Of a stretch of DNA of 64,000 nucleotides, positions 61,526-64,000 are shown piece after piece. Below the pieces are notes generated by a model. That model saw nothing but the letters and a program-made list of their open reading frames with translations, was not told the origin of the DNA and did not search any database. Origin of the DNA: Anolis carolinensis. Taxonomy: Eukaryota. The position numbers and the translations under genes are program-made. Each line of letters begins with the position of its first letter. Within the stretch, counting starts at the first letter, position 1. The stretch is from NCBI RefSeq assembly GCF_035594765.1, contig NW_026943818.1, forward strand, positions 2,523,757 to 2,587,756, in the 5' to 3' direction.

Positions 61526-61767
61526 GTGAGCCGGACTCACGTGGGAACGAGCCTCAGCTGACACGTGAAGGACTCGGGGAGCAGAGGGGGGGGGGGCGGG
61601 GGCAAACTTCGGTCCTGCAGGTTGTTTGGACTACAACTCCCACAATTCCTAACAGCTGGAGGGCCGAAGTTTGCCCATGCCTGATCTAGACTATACTATA
61701 GTATTATCTATTTTATTATATAGTATAGAATATATTGTTGAATTGTTCTTCTGTGGTATAGAATATA

Positions 61768-62243
61768 CTAGCTGTGCCCGGCCACGCGTTGCTGTGGCAA
61801 AGTGGTGGTGGTATTGGTTAAAAATTGTTGTGTAATTTTTATTTGACGTTATTTGTATTTTTTAAATTAATTTTATTGTAACTTATCTTTTCATTTATTA
61901 TATTTTATTATTTTCTTGTATTATTTTTAGTTATTTTCAGTTATTATAGTATTTTATTGTATTAATTTTTTAGTGATTTTAATTATTTTTTAGTGTTTTT
62001 TATTATTTTTTATTGGGTTGCTAGGAGACCAAGTTGGAGGAGTTTAGCCTTCTAACTGGCAGCAATTGGATAAAAGCAATTATTCCTCTCTCTCTAATTA
62101 GGGCTTTATTTTTCTTTTCTTTTTGTTGTATCAACCTAGAGCCGTGGATGTTGGTTTGTGTTGTCAAATTTCGAGGTTGGGGGGCCTGTAGTTTTGTTGT
62201 TTTGTGGGTCACCGTTATGCCATCACTCTTTTATATATATAGA
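61768..62243 (-). mobile_element. Non-autonomous Helitron in ANAPC2 intron 1
   Basis: Both termini present. Same subtype as 1385-1849 and 57051-57503. Confidence 0.85.
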
Positions 62244-62732
62244 TTATTGTGTTGTATTTTAATATATAGGTTATGTACTATAGTGTTATATATAGTGAGA
62301 TAGCTTTATACCTTTCTCTCTCTCTATATATATATATATACTATTTATTTACTACATTTATATCCCACCCTTCTCACCCCAAAGGGGACTAAGAGAGGCT
62401 TACAAACTAAATTTACATACAATATTATATTATTAGCATAGCACAATACTGGCAATAAATTACCGTATTGTACTATATCAATATATTGTAATATTATTAG
62501 TAATATAACATGTAATATATAATAGGTAAGGGTAAAGGTGCTCATCTCCATTTCTAAGCCAAAGAGCCGGCGTTGTCTGTAGACACCTCCAAGGTCATGT
62601 GGCCACTGGCATGACTGCATGGAGCGCCATTACCTTCCCGCCGGAGCGGTACCTATTGATCTACTCACATTGGCATGTTTTCGAACTGCTAGGTTGGCAG
62701 GAGCTGGGGCTGACAGCTCAGTGCATATATCT

Positions 62733-64000
62733 TCTATATATATAAAAGAGTGATGGCATCACGGCGATTCACAAAACAACAAAAGTACAGGCCCCCCAAC
62801 CTCAAAATTTGACAACACAACCCATCATCCACGCCTCAAGGTTGATACAACAAAAAGAAAAGAAAAATAAAGTCCTAATTAGAGGGAGAGCAATAATTTT
62901 TTTTATCCAATTGCTGCCAGTTTAGAGGGCTAATCTCTGCCCACTTGGTTGCCTAGCAACCAAGGGACAGCCAGGTTTCAGTTAGGGGACAGGGTTAGGG
63001 TTAGGGTTTAGATTTAGGCCTCACTTAGACTTCTTCCACAGATTATCTAATTTGCACTGGATTATATGGCAGTGTAGACTCAGCTATATAACCCATTTAT
63101 AATCTTATATTATCTGCTTTGCACTGGATTATCTCCACACTACCATATAATCCACTTCAGTGTGCATTTTATACAGCTGTGAAGAAGGAGCCTCATATAA
63201 TCCAGTTCTGAGCAGATAATATAATATTAGAAATATACAGTAGAGTCTCACTTATCCAACGTAAACAGGCCGGCAGGATAAGTGAATATGTTGGATAATA
63301 AGAAGGGATTCAGGAAAAGCCAATTAAACATCAAATTAGGTAATCGTTATACAAATTAAGCACCAAAACGTCATATTATACAACAAATTTGACAGAAAAA
63401 GTAGTTCCTTGCGCAGTAATGCTATGTAGTATTTACAGTAGAGTCTCACTTATCCAACACTCGCTTATCCAACGTTCTGGATTATTCAACGCATCTTTGT
63501 AGTCAATGCTTTCAATATATCGTGATATTTTGGTGCTAAATTCATAAATACAGTAATTACTATATAGCATTACTGTGTACTGACCTACTTTTTCTGACAA
63601 ATTTGTTGTCTAACATGATGTTTTGGTGCTTAATTTGTAAAATCATAACTTAATTTGATGTTTAATAGGGTTATCCTTAATTCCTCATTATCCAACATAT
63701 TCGCTTATCCAACGTTCTGCCGGCCCGTTTATGTTGGATAAGTGAGACTCTACTGTACTGTATTTACAAATTTACCACTAAAATATCACAATGAATTTAA
63801 AACACTGACTACAAAAACATTGATTATGAAAAGGCAGACTGCGTTGGATAATCCAGAACATTGTATAAGCGAATGATGGATAAGTGAGATTCTTCTTTAA
63901 TATGAAATAATTACTGGGATAGAATAATGCAGAACAATATAATCTCTAAAACCAGGACAGGAAATAAACAGGGGAATTCCACACAGGAAACAATCAGGGC
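62733..64000 (+). mobile_element. Non-autonomous Helitron running off the window, close paralog of 53666-55669
   Basis: 5' terminus and near-colinear internal sequence. Confidence 0.85.

Overview
Repeat-rich vertebrate genomic DNA, most likely an Anolis lizard (Sauria SINEs, young L2, Dong/R4, Penelope fragments, many MITEs). It corresponds to the human 9q34.3 gene set. Genes, read by hand with GT-AG boundaries and phases checked: MAN1B1 exon 1 (-), complete UAP1L1 (-, 9 exons, apparently lacking the first ~40 aa), complete compact SAPCD2 (+, 5 exons), a B3GNT3-like glycosyltransferase with an intronless CDS (+), complete SSNA1 (-) and ANAPC2 exon 1 (+, ATG 122 nt from the SSNA1 ATG). The most striking non-genic system is a family of 14 non-autonomous Helitrons with shared termini and mosaic cargo. 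One carries a CpG-rich promoter/exon-like segment with a splice donor and an 84-bp-arm fold-back, and most carry an RFX X-box. Also notable: a UAP1L1/SAPCD2 bidirectional promoter built from a tandemly amplified CCAAT/GC-box/CRE/CHR module, Penelope hammerhead ribozyme motifs, a perfect 65-bp hairpin in the UAP1L1 3' UTR, and a telomere-repeat insertion. No rRNA, tRNA or CRISPR was seen. Gene identities and comparisons to human proteins come from recalled sequences, not database searches. Repeat boundaries are approximate unless termini are quoted.
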